Shown: in pieces, positions 52,261 through 61,568 of the stretch
How positions within the stretch are numbered: position 1 is the first letter of the stretch
Layout of the letters: every line of letters starts with the position of its first letter
Source: Syntrophales bacterium
Lineage (GTDB): Bacteria; Desulfobacterota; Syntrophia; Syntrophales; UBA2210
NCBI GenBank assembly: GCA_963662405.2
Contig: CAXXKT010000001.1
Span: 2,048,001 to 2,112,000 of the forward strand
Reading direction: 5' to 3'
DNA: 64,000 bases
The notes under the pieces: generated by a model
Databases searched by the model: none
Told to the model about the DNA's origin: nothing
The model's input: the letters and a program-made list of their open reading frames with translations, nothing else
Translations under genes and position numbers: made by a program

Positions 52261-54156
52261 ATGCCTCTTGTGACGTTACAGAATATTACCCTCAGCTTCG
52301 GCGGACCGCCCATACTGAAAGACGTCGGCCTTCAGATTGAGCCGGGGGAACGGGTCTGTCTGATCGGCCGCAATGGGGAAGGCAAGTCTTCGCTCATGAG
52401 ACTGATTGTCGGAGATCTCGAACCGGACGGCGGCACCGTGATGCGGCAGAGGGGACTCCGCATCGCCCATATCGCCCAGGATGTGGCGTTGGATATCCAG
52501 GGTTCGGTCTTTGATGTCGTTGCCGGCGGGCTTGGTGAGGCACAGGAACTCCTCAAGCGGTATCATGAGATTTCCGTACGTCTGAGTGCCGGTGGAGACG
52601 ACACGCTGCTGGCGGAGATGGAGTCGGTGCACCATCATCTGGAGATCTCCGGCGGCTGGCAGGCCCAGCAGCGGGTACAGACCGTGATCTCCCGCCTCCA
52701 GCTGGATGCGGAGTCCGACTATGCGCGACTTTCCGGAGGGATGAAGCGGCGGGTCCTGCTGGCTTCGGCACTGGTGAGCGATCCGGATCTGCTCCTCCTC
52801 GATGAGCCGACCAACCATCTCGATATCGATGCCATTACCTGGCTGGAAGAGTTCCTGCTGAGCGCGAACATCTCCCTTCTCTTTGTCACCCATGATCGGA
52901 TGCTCGTCGGAAAGATCGCGACCCGTATCATCGATCTCGACCGGGGGTGTCTGACAAGTTGGCCCGGTGATTATGATACCTATCTGAGGCGGCGGGCCGA
53001 GACCCTCGCGGCCGAGGCGTCCCAGCAGGCCCGTTTCGACAAGAGGCTTGCCCGGGAAGAGATATGGATACGCCGGGGGATTAAGGCCAGGCGGACCAGG
53101 AACGAGGGACGGGTACGGGAACTGGCGAAAATGCGTGAGGAACGCGAGGCCCGGCGAGGGGTTGTCGGTCGTGCCCACATGCGGATCCAGGATGCGGTCC
53201 CGTCGGGGAAGCTTGTCGCTCAGCTCAAAGGGGTCACCTTCGGCTATGGCGATGCAGTCGTGATCCGGGATCTTTCCACCACGATTCTCCGCGGCGACAG
53301 GGTCGGTATCATCGGGCCGAACGGTTCCGGCAAAACCACCCTGCTCCGGCTGCTCCTTGGCGACCTCGAGCCGCAGCAGGGTACGGTCAGACTCGGTGCC
53401 AACCTTGAGGCCGCCTATTTCGATCAGCACCGCGTCCTGCCGGATGAAGATGATACGGTCGCCCATTACGTGGGAGACGGCAACGATATGCTGACCATCA
53501 ACGGCAGGCCGAAACATATTATCGGATATCTCCAGGATTTTCTCTTTACCCCGGACCGGGCACGGTCTCCGGTCCGTCTCCTCTCCGGCGGCGAGCGAAA
53601 CCGGCTCCTCCTGGCGAAACTGTTTGCCAAGCCGGCCAACATCCTGGTCCTTGACGAACCGACGAACGACCTGGATATCGAGACCCTGGAGCTCCTGGAG
53701 GAACTGCTCTTCGAGTACCGGGGCACGGTCTTTCTCGTCAGTCACGAGCGCGCCTTCCTCAATAATGTCGTTACCTCCACCCTTGTCTTTGAAGAGGAAG
53801 GGATGGTGCGGGAATATGCCGGGGGCTACGATGACTGGCTGATACAGCGACCGATAGAGAGAGCGGAGACTGCATCTGCGCCTGAAAAAAAGGTAAAGAG
53901 AAAACCGCGCCCCGCGGGACCGAGAAAGATATCGTTCAAGGAAGCGCTCGAACTGGAAGGACTGCCGCAGAAGATCGAGGCGATGGAGGTCGAACAGAAA
54001 GAGCTGTATGCCTCCATGGCGGCCCCCTCATTCTACCAGCAGGAAGGCGCGGTCATCCGTCAGGCCACCGCGCGGGTTGAAGAGCTGGAACGGGCCCTGT
54101 CCCTCGCCTACGAGCGATGGGCGGAACTGGAGGCGATCGGCACGAATGGCGCATAA
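52261..54156 (+). CDS. uup: ABC-F family ATPase (Uup-like)
   Basis: Two ABC domains, GIKARRTRNEGRVR linker, C-terminal coiled coil. Confidence 0.9.
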   Translation: MPLVTLQNITLSFGGPPILKDVGLQIEPGERVCLIGRNGEGKSSLMRLIVGDLEPDGGTVMRQRGLRIAHIAQDVALDIQGSVFDVVAGGLGEAQELLKRYHEISVRLSAGGDDTLLAEMESVHHHLEISGGWQAQQRVQTVISRLQLDAESDYARLSGGMKRRVLLASALVSDPDLLLLDEPTNHLDIDAITWLEEFLLSANISLLFVTHDRMLVGKIATRIIDLDRGCLTSWPGDYDTYLRRRAETLAAEASQQARFDKRLAREEIWIRRGIKARRTRNEGRVRELAKMREEREARRGVVGRAHMRIQDAVPSGKLVAQLKGVTFGYGDAVVIRDLSTTILRGDRVGIIGPNGSGKTTLLRLLLGDLEPQQGTVRLGANLEAAYFDQHRVLPDEDDTVAHYVGDGNDMLTINGRPKHIIGYLQDFLFTPDRARSPVRLLSGGERNRLLLAKLFAKPANILVLDEPTNDLDIETLELLEELLFEYRGTVFLVSHERAFLNNVVTSTLVFEEEGMVREYAGGYDDWLIQRPIERAETASAPEKKVKRKPRPAGPRKISFKEALELEGLPQKIEAMEVEQKELYASMAAPSFYQQEGAVIRQATARVEELERALSLAYERWAELEAIGTNGA

Positions 54157-54260
54157 TTTTGTTCGAATGGTTGTGCCGTCGTGTACATCGGCAATGACAG
54201 GCGCCGTTTATTGCGAATCACGGCCGGCGATCGCCGGATCGAATCAGGGAGGATTGTGAG

Positions 54261-54728
54261 GTGCTGCACATCTTTGTCGATGCCGACGCGTGTCCGGTCA
54301 AGGAGGAGGTGTACCGCGTGGCCGACCGGTACGGTCTCGCTGTTACACTGGTGGCAAACTCGCGGATGCGGATTCCCCGTGGGCGGCGGATCTCGCTCGA
54401 GGTAGTGGAGGATAAACTCGACGCGGCCGATGACTGGATTGCCGAACACGTTCAGGCTGACGATATCGTGATCACCGCCGATATCCCCCTGGCGAGTCGC
54501 TGCCTGAAGAAAGGGGCGCATGTGATCGGCACAACCGGGAAGCCCTTCACGGAAGAAAATATCGGTCACGCCGTGGCGACCCGGGACCTCTTGTCGGGAC
54601 TCCGCGAGACAGGGGATATAACGGGTGGTCCTCCGCCGCTGCGGAGACGTGATCGGTCGCGGTTTCTCCAGCAGCTCGACGAGACGATCCAGTCAATCCG
54701 TCGCAGGCAGGCGTCCTATTCCGCCTGA
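54261..54728 (+). CDS. YaiI/YqxD (DUF188) family protein
   Basis: IFVDADACPVK, DAADDWI, ITADIPLA. Confidence 0.9.
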   Translation: MLHIFVDADACPVKEEVYRVADRYGLAVTLVANSRMRIPRGRRISLEVVEDKLDAADDWIAEHVQADDIVITADIPLASRCLKKGAHVIGTTGKPFTEENIGHAVATRDLLSGLRETGDITGGPPPLRRRDRSRFLQQLDETIQSIRRRQASYSA

Positions 54729-55008
54729 TGATGCCGATCTGCCCCGGTTTCACTGTAAGGGCCCCTCTCTCATGGTGACCAATCTTACACCGGAAAGAAG
54801 ACGGAAAAGCCTGTTTCTGGAGCTATCCCGTATTGCCCTGATACAAAACGGAAAAGAGAAAAAGATGCCACCTGGCGTGACCTGCCCCTGCAAACCGGAA
54901 AAGAATTCCGGCCGACCGATCAACACCGGTCCGGCCTCTTATGCTGAACTCTCATAATACATCTATAATAATAGTGAGTTATAAAAGAATCTCATTGCAA
55001 TCTCCCCC

Positions 55009-55023
55009 TGGCACGGTTCCTGC
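55009..55023 (+). promoter_or_regulatory. Sigma54 (-24/-12) promoter
   Basis: TGGCACGGTTCCTGC with correct GG/GC spacing, about 45 bp upstream of the motA-like gene. Confidence 0.7.
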
Positions 55024-55068
55024 CAATGAAAAACACTGAAAAGGAAATATTCTCTTGGGAGGCGTCTG

Positions 55069-55878
55069 ATGATCGTTCAGGTGATAGTGTCGTTCGGGTT
55101 GTTGCTCGGTATTTTTACCGTGGCCTTTCACATAGACGTCAAGACCCTGGGCCTGATGGCCAACATCAACGCCCTCATGATCGTCATCGGTGGCACCATC
55201 GCGGCATCGCTCCTGGCATATCCCGTTTCCAGGATTGTGCAGGCCGCCCAATACGTCATCCGGGCGTTTCGAAGCGAAGATGAACTGGGATGGACGATCA
55301 AGACACTCGTTAGGATGGCACGGGAAGCACGGAAAAAGGGTCTGCTGGCGCTCGATAAAGAAGAAAAGTCCCTTCACGACGAATTGATCAAGAGCGGCAT
55401 TGGTTTGATCTCATACCAGTTTGATCGGGAAAACATCGAACAGACCATGCGCCGGGAATCTCTTCTCGTATACAGCCGGTATGAAACCGCCTACAAGATT
55501 ATATACAGTATGGCCAGGGTCGCGCCGGCTATGGGGCTTGCGGGAACCGTTGTGAACCTGATCCGCATGTTCAGCCAGATCACCAATCCGCAACATCTCA
55601 TCGGTTTCATGGCAATCGCCCTGCTCAGCACCCTCTACGGGGTCATTCTTGCCAACCTGTGTTTTATGCCGCTGTGCAACAAACTCAGGGAATTCATGGA
55701 TCAGGACCTTCTGCGGATGGAAATCATCGAAGAAGGGATCCTGGATATCTACGACCAGGAACATCCCCGCGCCATGGAGTTTAAGCTGGAGAGGATAGCC
55801 GGAATCAGGACGGAACTCCTGCCGCCGGTCATCACCGCCCCGCAACCCCAGGTCCGCGTCGCGGGTCTCAATGGGTGA
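55069..55878 (+). CDS. motA: MotA/PomA-family stator subunit
   Basis: IVIGGT, ARKKGLLAL, APAMGLAGTV, ALLSTLYG. Confidence 0.85.
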   Translation: MIVQVIVSFGLLLGIFTVAFHIDVKTLGLMANINALMIVIGGTIAASLLAYPVSRIVQAAQYVIRAFRSEDELGWTIKTLVRMAREARKKGLLALDKEEKSLHDELIKSGIGLISYQFDRENIEQTMRRESLLVYSRYETAYKIIYSMARVAPAMGLAGTVVNLIRMFSQITNPQHLIGFMAIALLSTLYGVILANLCFMPLCNKLREFMDQDLLRMEIIEEGILDIYDQEHPRAMEFKLERIAGIRTELLPPVITAPQPQVRVAGLNG

Positions 55879-55884
55879 CGAGTC

Positions 55885-56628
55885 ATGCCGAAGCTTCCGC
55901 CGTCATACACGAATCTGTGTCTTCAAAAGGTCAACACACCGCTGCGCCGTCAAAAACAACAGCAGGAACAGGAAGGCTCCAATGAAATCTGGCTGTTGAC
56001 CATGAGTGACTTGATGATGCTGTTGATGATCTTCTTTATCCTCTTTTTTACCGTTTCCTACGCGCAACACGTCAACTCAGAACCGCCGCCGGTGACAATA
56101 AAGCCCCGGTTTGTTGAAACCACCGTCCAGGTCGTAGCACCCATTGTCCCCAAGGTTGCCGAACAGAAAAAGGCAATTTCCGAAATGGAGGCCGATCTGC
56201 AAAATACTGTGGAAGCAATGCCGGAACGGCAGGGTGTCCTCCTGGAGCGGCGGTTGAATCACGTGATCATGACCTTTCCCGAACAGATCATGTTCGACTC
56301 GGGCCGGTCCGAGCTGAAACGGTCGTCTCAAACCGTCCTGCAAACCGTCGCAGATTTCATCGATCAGCACCCCGGGCTGCTCCTGGAAATCCAGGGCCAC
56401 ACCGACAACCGTCCGATCAACACGAGTCGCTACCCTTCCAACTGGGAGCTTTCCGCGGACCGTGCCACCCGGGTAGCACGCGCGCTGGTGGCGCTGGGCG
56501 TCCGCCCTTTTCGGATTACCGCCAAGGGCTTCGGTGAATACCATCCCGTCGCTTCGAATAAGAGTGAAAAGGGACGTCTGAAAAATCGCCGTGTGGAAAT
56601 CCAGTTCTCCCTTCAACCATCCGCGTAG
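55885..56628 (+). CDS. motB: MotB/PomB-family stator subunit with OmpA domain
   Basis: WLLTMSDLMMLL (conserved Asp), GHTDN, NWELSADRA, NRRVEI. Confidence 0.88.
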   Translation: MPKLPPSYTNLCLQKVNTPLRRQKQQQEQEGSNEIWLLTMSDLMMLLMIFFILFFTVSYAQHVNSEPPPVTIKPRFVETTVQVVAPIVPKVAEQKKAISEMEADLQNTVEAMPERQGVLLERRLNHVIMTFPEQIMFDSGRSELKRSSQTVLQTVADFIDQHPGLLLEIQGHTDNRPINTSRYPSNWELSADRATRVARALVALGVRPFRITAKGFGEYHPVASNKSEKGRLKNRRVEIQFSLQPSA

Positions 56629-56976
56629 GTGTGGTTCGCGGCCCACGCGGGGAGATGTTATCTCTCGCACGTGGCACGGGTTTTCCCGTCTCGATCCATG
56701 GCGGCGGATGCCGCTGCCACTCCGATACAAACCTTGAGTTTTCCCGCAATGGAAGTGTTCGGTCCTTGTTACTCTGCCGGCAGGTGATGAATCCCAGGCT
56801 TCATGACCCCGTGCCCACCGACACGAGGGAACGGTGATCTGATTATACGACCCCGCTTCACATACCGTGACGGAGTTTCTGCGTTTGGTGGGTTACAGAG
56901 TATTGGGGGTTTCTTGTGGAAGAGAGGGTGGGGAAGAAAAATTAATTGGGCGCTGTCCCCAATAAAACCGTTTTTG

Positions 56977-57444
56977 TCACAGAGGCCTCGCCGATTCTCC
57001 GGGGACCTCTCTGAAAAACCCTCTGAAGGAACTCGTGAAGGGATGGAGGTGCCGTTTCAGCCGTTCAAGGATGTCCATCCGCGAGTGAGTGCCCTGCCGC
57101 TCGGTTCCTTCAGCGGGGGAATACGAGGCCTGGTAATCGTATGACGTGAGAATCGAGTAGATCCATTCATTCCGTTCCCGGACAAAGTGTTTCAGTGTCT
57201 GATACGCCTCGTTGATCTGCTGGCATTCCTTCGTTTTCAACCGGACCATGGAATCGGAAGCCGCCCCGAGACGGTCGGGATGATTTTTAAAGATCCTTGC
57301 CTTATAGGCGCGTCTCAGGAGATCGGTATTCAGGTTTCTCAGGAAATCATCATTGATTTCAGAAAACCGCTTTTCAGGGAAGAGACATCGGCAGCTTTTT
57401 TTCAGTTCGTGCAGTTCGTGAAATGAAAGTTCGGGAAAGGGCAT
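56977..57444 (-). CDS. J-domain (DnaJ-like) protein
   Basis: LRRAYKA...HPD...INEAYQTL. Confidence 0.8.
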   Translation of the reverse strand: MPFPELSFHELHELKKSCRCLFPEKRFSEINDDFLRNLNTDLLRRAYKARIFKNHPDRLGAASDSMVRLKTKECQQINEAYQTLKHFVRERNEWIYSILTSYDYQASYSPAEGTERQGTHSRMDILERLKRHLHPFTSSFRGFFREVPGESARPL

Positions 57445-57459
57445 CGCTTCATATACCTC

Positions 57460-57705
57460 TCAGTTTGTAGTGTGAGCGCTGTCAAGGATATCTTTAATCT
57501 GGAGCAGGGAGTACCCGGTCTCTTTCAATTCTTTTATCTTTTCCAGTCGATTGAACACGTCTTCATCATACAGCCGATGACCCGACTCGGTGCGTTCGGT
57601 CTCCCTGATCAGACGCATCTGCGTATAGTTGTGGACGGTCTGCCGTGAGATTTCCCCATATTTCATGACCTCCCAGACCTTGAAAAGCTTTCTGTATGTT
57701 GCCAT
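57460..57705 (-). CDS. MerR-family HTH-only protein
   Basis: ISRQTVHNYT, RTESGHRLYD, GYSLLQIK. Confidence 0.85.
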   Translation of the reverse strand: MATYRKLFKVWEVMKYGEISRQTVHNYTQMRLIRETERTESGHRLYDEDVFNRLEKIKELKETGYSLLQIKDILDSAHTTN

Positions 57706-57758
57706 GGGCTTTTCTCTCCCGCACGCATCAATCAAACACAATGTATATTATATGTTGC

Positions 57759-57789
57759 AATATATAAAATATATTTTACATATTGTCAA
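57759..57789 (-). promoter_or_regulatory. Promoter with overlapping dyad (MerR-type operator candidate)
   Basis: On the minus strand, TTGACA-19bp-TATATT with a 26-bp palindrome carrying one mismatch. Confidence 0.55.
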
Positions 57790-58177
57790 GCAGTATAACG
57801 GTACTTTGCGCATACCTGAAAAAGGATCTGATAGTCTTTATGCTCCGCAGAGCATGACAGATGCCACGACGGCCTGGTCGGAAATGACTGCAGCGTACAT
57901 ATCTTTGACAACAATCTTTGATAAAAGTCTTGATTTTTGATGCGATACAGGTATTATCGGCTCGGAAGTGCGGGGTCCCCGCAACAGCTAATCGTGAATC
58001 AGTAGCAGTATCCCTATACGATCCGGCATGAGGAGTATGCTGTCAACAGCATGCCATGGTGGATGTATCCCTCGCGGGCACATGTATCATCTGAGGGAAA
58101 TGACCGTATCCGCCTCCCGTAAGACGATTGTTTATTGAAAAATAGGGTGTTTCAGAAACGAAGAGGTAAATCTTACA

Positions 58178-59134
58178 ATGCCCGCACGGATACCGGCACG
58201 TCACCCCATATTGAGGGGAGAGACGGTGAAAGGGTGGATCCAGCTGTCACGTCCCCCCTTTCATCTGGTGGGTCTCCTGCCGTTCATACTGGGGACGGTC
58301 ATGGCATGGCGGCTGTACGGGATCTTCAATGTTCCTGTCCTTATCTGGAGTATTCTGGCAGTTGTCCTGACCATGCTTTCAACCTACTACAGCGGAGAGT
58401 ATCACGACCTCGCGGTGGATACGCTTTCGGCCGGCATGGAGCGCAACGCCTTCTCCGGCGGGAGTCAGGTGATCGTACGGAACTTGCTGCCCCACAGGCA
58501 GGCCCGGTATGCCGGCTATGTAATGCTGCTCTTGGCGGGAGTGGTCGGGGTCGTTCTCCAATTCTATTACGATACCGGATTATGGACCATCCCTCTCGGC
58601 GTGACCGGTATGATCGCCGGATTCTTCTATTCCACTCCGCCGCTCCGCTGGGTGAAGAGAGGCGTCGGAGAACTGATCATCGGTTATTGTTACGGATGGC
58701 TTCCCGTGGCAACGGCATTTTATCTGCAGGTCGGCAGGATTGATGATATCGTGCACTGGGTCGCGATCCCCATTGCCTGTACGATCTTCAACGTGATTCT
58801 CATCAACGAGTTTCCCGATTATCCCGCCGATCTGATCGAAGGGAAGAGGAACCTGGTTGTCAGGCTGGGAAAGAGTACCTCGGCATATCTGTATATCGCA
58901 ATGCATGTCACCGCCTGGATCGCATTCGGGCTTTCGGTGAATCAGGGCGTGCCCGGAGTGGCGATTCTCCTTTACCTCCCTGTTTTTTTCGTTAGTCTTA
59001 TGCTCGTTGTTCTGGTATGGAGGTGCGGGTATCTCGACAGAAAACGACTGGCGTTGATTTGCGGACTGACCATATTCGTTAATCTCGGCACTTCTCTCTC
59101 ATACACCATAGCTGTCTGGCTGGAAAGCGTTTGA
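58178..59134 (+). CDS. UbiA-family prenyltransferase (MenA-like)
   Basis: QLSRPPF, EYHDLAVD, YSTPPLR, INEFPDYPAD..GKRNL; multiple TM segments. Confidence 0.8.
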   Translation: MPARIPARHPILRGETVKGWIQLSRPPFHLVGLLPFILGTVMAWRLYGIFNVPVLIWSILAVVLTMLSTYYSGEYHDLAVDTLSAGMERNAFSGGSQVIVRNLLPHRQARYAGYVMLLLAGVVGVVLQFYYDTGLWTIPLGVTGMIAGFFYSTPPLRWVKRGVGELIIGYCYGWLPVATAFYLQVGRIDDIVHWVAIPIACTIFNVILINEFPDYPADLIEGKRNLVVRLGKSTSAYLYIAMHVTAWIAFGLSVNQGVPGVAILLYLPVFFVSLMLVVLVWRCGYLDRKRLALICGLTIFVNLGTSLSYTIAVWLESV

Positions 59135-59143
59135 TCTCTCGTC

Positions 59144-60370
59144 ATGCATAAACCCCTTATCTGCGAAGTTCCTTTACGTTCCATGTGTGTCCCGCCGACC
59201 CTGATTGTAAAGCAGTTGACAAGCGTGCTCTATTTCGGGAGCCTGGTGGGGTGGAAGAAGTTCCCCAACTGGTTTTTCAAACACGGGTTCAGGTCGTTAC
59301 CGGTGGCAGCGGGCGCCATCGGTATGGGGTGCATCGGGTTCCCGGCGCATCCGGCCTGGGAAGTGACTTCGGCCTGCAATCTCCGGTGCATCCATTGCCA
59401 CGCATCGAGCAGTAAACCGGCGCCGGATGAGCTGACAACCGATGAGGCAAAACGGGTCATTGACGGCCTGGCCGGTATCGATGAATTCCGGATGCTTGTT
59501 TATACAGGGGGAGAACCCCTCGTTCGCCCCGATCTGATCGAGCTGTTGCACCATTCCAAGAAGGCCGGCCTGGCCAATGTCATCGCGACAAACGGAACGC
59601 TCATTACCGAAGAGGTGGCCTTCAAACTTCGGGAGGCCGGCGTCGTGGGCGTGGCGATCAGTCTCGATTCCTCTCAGCGGGAGGTTCATAATTACATCCG
59701 CCGAAACGATAGGGCATTTGACCTTGCCCTGCGGGGGATCCATTCCGTGAAGAAGGCCGGGATCCTCCTGCAGATCAACGTCACGGCCATGGACTACAAC
59801 TTCTCCACACTCGATGAACTGATCGGGATAGCCGATGGAGAGGGGTCGGGGATCATGCTCATGTATCAGTTGGTCCCCGTCGGGAGGGGGAGTGCCATCG
59901 AAGAGGCATCCCTGGGTGTGAACGAAAACGAGAAACTGCTCAAATCCCTGGCCGTCAAGCAGAGAGATGTTTCAACCATCATCGAGCCGGTAGCCGGCCC
60001 GCAATACTGGCCGTATCTGATGGAACAACGGGGTCGGTCCGACGGGATCTGGCTCAAACTTGCCGAACAGGTATTCCACGGCTGTTCGGCGGGGCGCGGT
60101 TTTGTGTATATCAAGCCGAACGGAGATGTCTGGCCCTGTCCCTTTGTTGAGGTGAACGCCGGGAATGTCAGGGAATTGCCCTTCGAAACCATCTGGCGGG
60201 AAAGCGAGGTCTTCACCAATTTGAGAAATCGGGAGAATACCCTCAAAGGCGCGTGCGGTGAGTGCAAGTATCGGACGATATGCGGTGGGTGCCGGGGACG
60301 CGCTGTCAGCTATCATGGAGATTATCTGGCAGAAGATCCTTCCTGTTTTCTCCATCCCGGCAATAAATAA
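59144..60370 (+). CDS. Radical SAM / SPASM protein (NirJ/Ahb-like)
   Basis: CNLRCIHC, TGGEP, GCSAG..PCPF, CGECKYRTICGGCR. Confidence 0.88.
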   Translation: MHKPLICEVPLRSMCVPPTLIVKQLTSVLYFGSLVGWKKFPNWFFKHGFRSLPVAAGAIGMGCIGFPAHPAWEVTSACNLRCIHCHASSSKPAPDELTTDEAKRVIDGLAGIDEFRMLVYTGGEPLVRPDLIELLHHSKKAGLANVIATNGTLITEEVAFKLREAGVVGVAISLDSSQREVHNYIRRNDRAFDLALRGIHSVKKAGILLQINVTAMDYNFSTLDELIGIADGEGSGIMLMYQLVPVGRGSAIEEASLGVNENEKLLKSLAVKQRDVSTIIEPVAGPQYWPYLMEQRGRSDGIWLKLAEQVFHGCSAGRGFVYIKPNGDVWPCPFVEVNAGNVRELPFETIWRESEVFTNLRNRENTLKGACGECKYRTICGGCRGRAVSYHGDYLAEDPSCFLHPGNK

Positions 60371-60529
60371 GAACGGGATGTCCCTTATGCACTAGTTGGG
60401 TGTTGAACCGGCCTCAGCCGATTCAGTCTCAGTCGGTGTACAACAATTCCAGGATTCACGGGTTTTCGTGTCGGGTCGCTTGATGTATGATAATCAGTAG
60501 AACTTATCGTACATGAACCAGGCGGAGAT

Positions 60530-61300
60530 ATGATGAAAGACTGTATGCACCAGTTGTTTCGGTGGCGGTTTTCACGCAGGACGGTGGTGGCTTTCGTTGC
60601 GGGCTTTGGTATTATCGGCCTGTCGGTGGCGATGCGGCCCTTCTCCACCCATTGGCACTGGGTCGGTATTGCGATTCGGGATATCGGTCAGATCTTTCTT
60701 GTCGGGACTCTTTTCCCCCTCGCATATATCGCGCGGTCCCGCAAAGGATGGGCCGGATTTGGTTTCACTTTCAGAAAGTGGCCGCTTTTCCTCGCGATCG
60801 ACCTTGTCCTTGGCATATTGCTGTTCTGGATGTTTTCGCTCGAGAGTCCACCTCCGGAGGGTTTTCACCTCGACGCGCCGATGGTATGGTCGGCGGCGTA
60901 TATCACGCTGGCGTTGTGTTTCGAGGTGGTCTTTTTTTACGCCTTTCTGAGGACCCTCTTTGAAGAGGCCTTCGGCATCGTCCCGGCGATCATCCTGACC
61001 GCCCTTTTCTATGCCTTCCATCATATCGGGTTTCAACCGGAATACGGAAAACTGCTTTTCGTCGGTCTCCTGTACGCCGCCGTGTATCGGCTCGGAAACA
61101 GCGTTTTTCTGATCTTCCCGTTTTTCCTCGGAGTAGGGGGGCTGTACGATGTCCTGATCCAATCCCAGGTGGTTTCGCCCCTCATGCACCCGGAGGTCCG
61201 CGCGGTGTGCCTGACAGTGGCGTTTCTGGTGGTGGTTGTTGTGGGGTTCCGACAGAAGGTGCAGGCAGATAAAAAATCGCCCCCTATTCATTCTCGTTGA
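60530..61300 (+). CDS. CPBP/Abi-family intramembrane protease-like protein
   Basis: Multi-TM; degenerate FEVVFF (EE motif) and FYAFHH. Confidence 0.65.
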   Translation: MMKDCMHQLFRWRFSRRTVVAFVAGFGIIGLSVAMRPFSTHWHWVGIAIRDIGQIFLVGTLFPLAYIARSRKGWAGFGFTFRKWPLFLAIDLVLGILLFWMFSLESPPPEGFHLDAPMVWSAAYITLALCFEVVFFYAFLRTLFEEAFGIVPAIILTALFYAFHHIGFQPEYGKLLFVGLLYAAVYRLGNSVFLIFPFFLGVGGLYDVLIQSQVVSPLMHPEVRAVCLTVAFLVVVVVGFRQKVQADKKSPPIHSR

Positions 61301-61568
61301 TTTCGGACGCAAGGTCCGGGTAGTGGGGCGTAAAATACCATTCAACGAACGGTTACACGGTTACTTTTACCTTGGGGTTTCCATTTTCAGCGGGTTTTTG
61401 ACCCGATGAGCGGCGGTTGTAATCCTCTGGAATCATAAATACTATACACGACCATAGAGGCCCTGCTCTATGATCAATAAACCGGTAACACCCTCTGATG
61501 AGCAGGTCCGCTAGCAGATATTGACCGTGCCCGTTGAGTGTGTTTGGGGTTGGCATGATTCCACTCTG

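Noticed and set aside
55069..56628. Zorya ZorAB defence system
   Set aside because: The MotA has no long cytoplasmic tail, there is no zorC/D/E, and the promoter is sigma54-type.
57950..58130. Possible riboswitch upstream of the menA-like gene
   Set aside because: Only short hairpins; no recognisable aptamer consensus.
60530..61300. Abortive-infection defence gene
   Set aside because: The CPBP/Abi name does not imply defence; housekeeping context and a degenerate motif.
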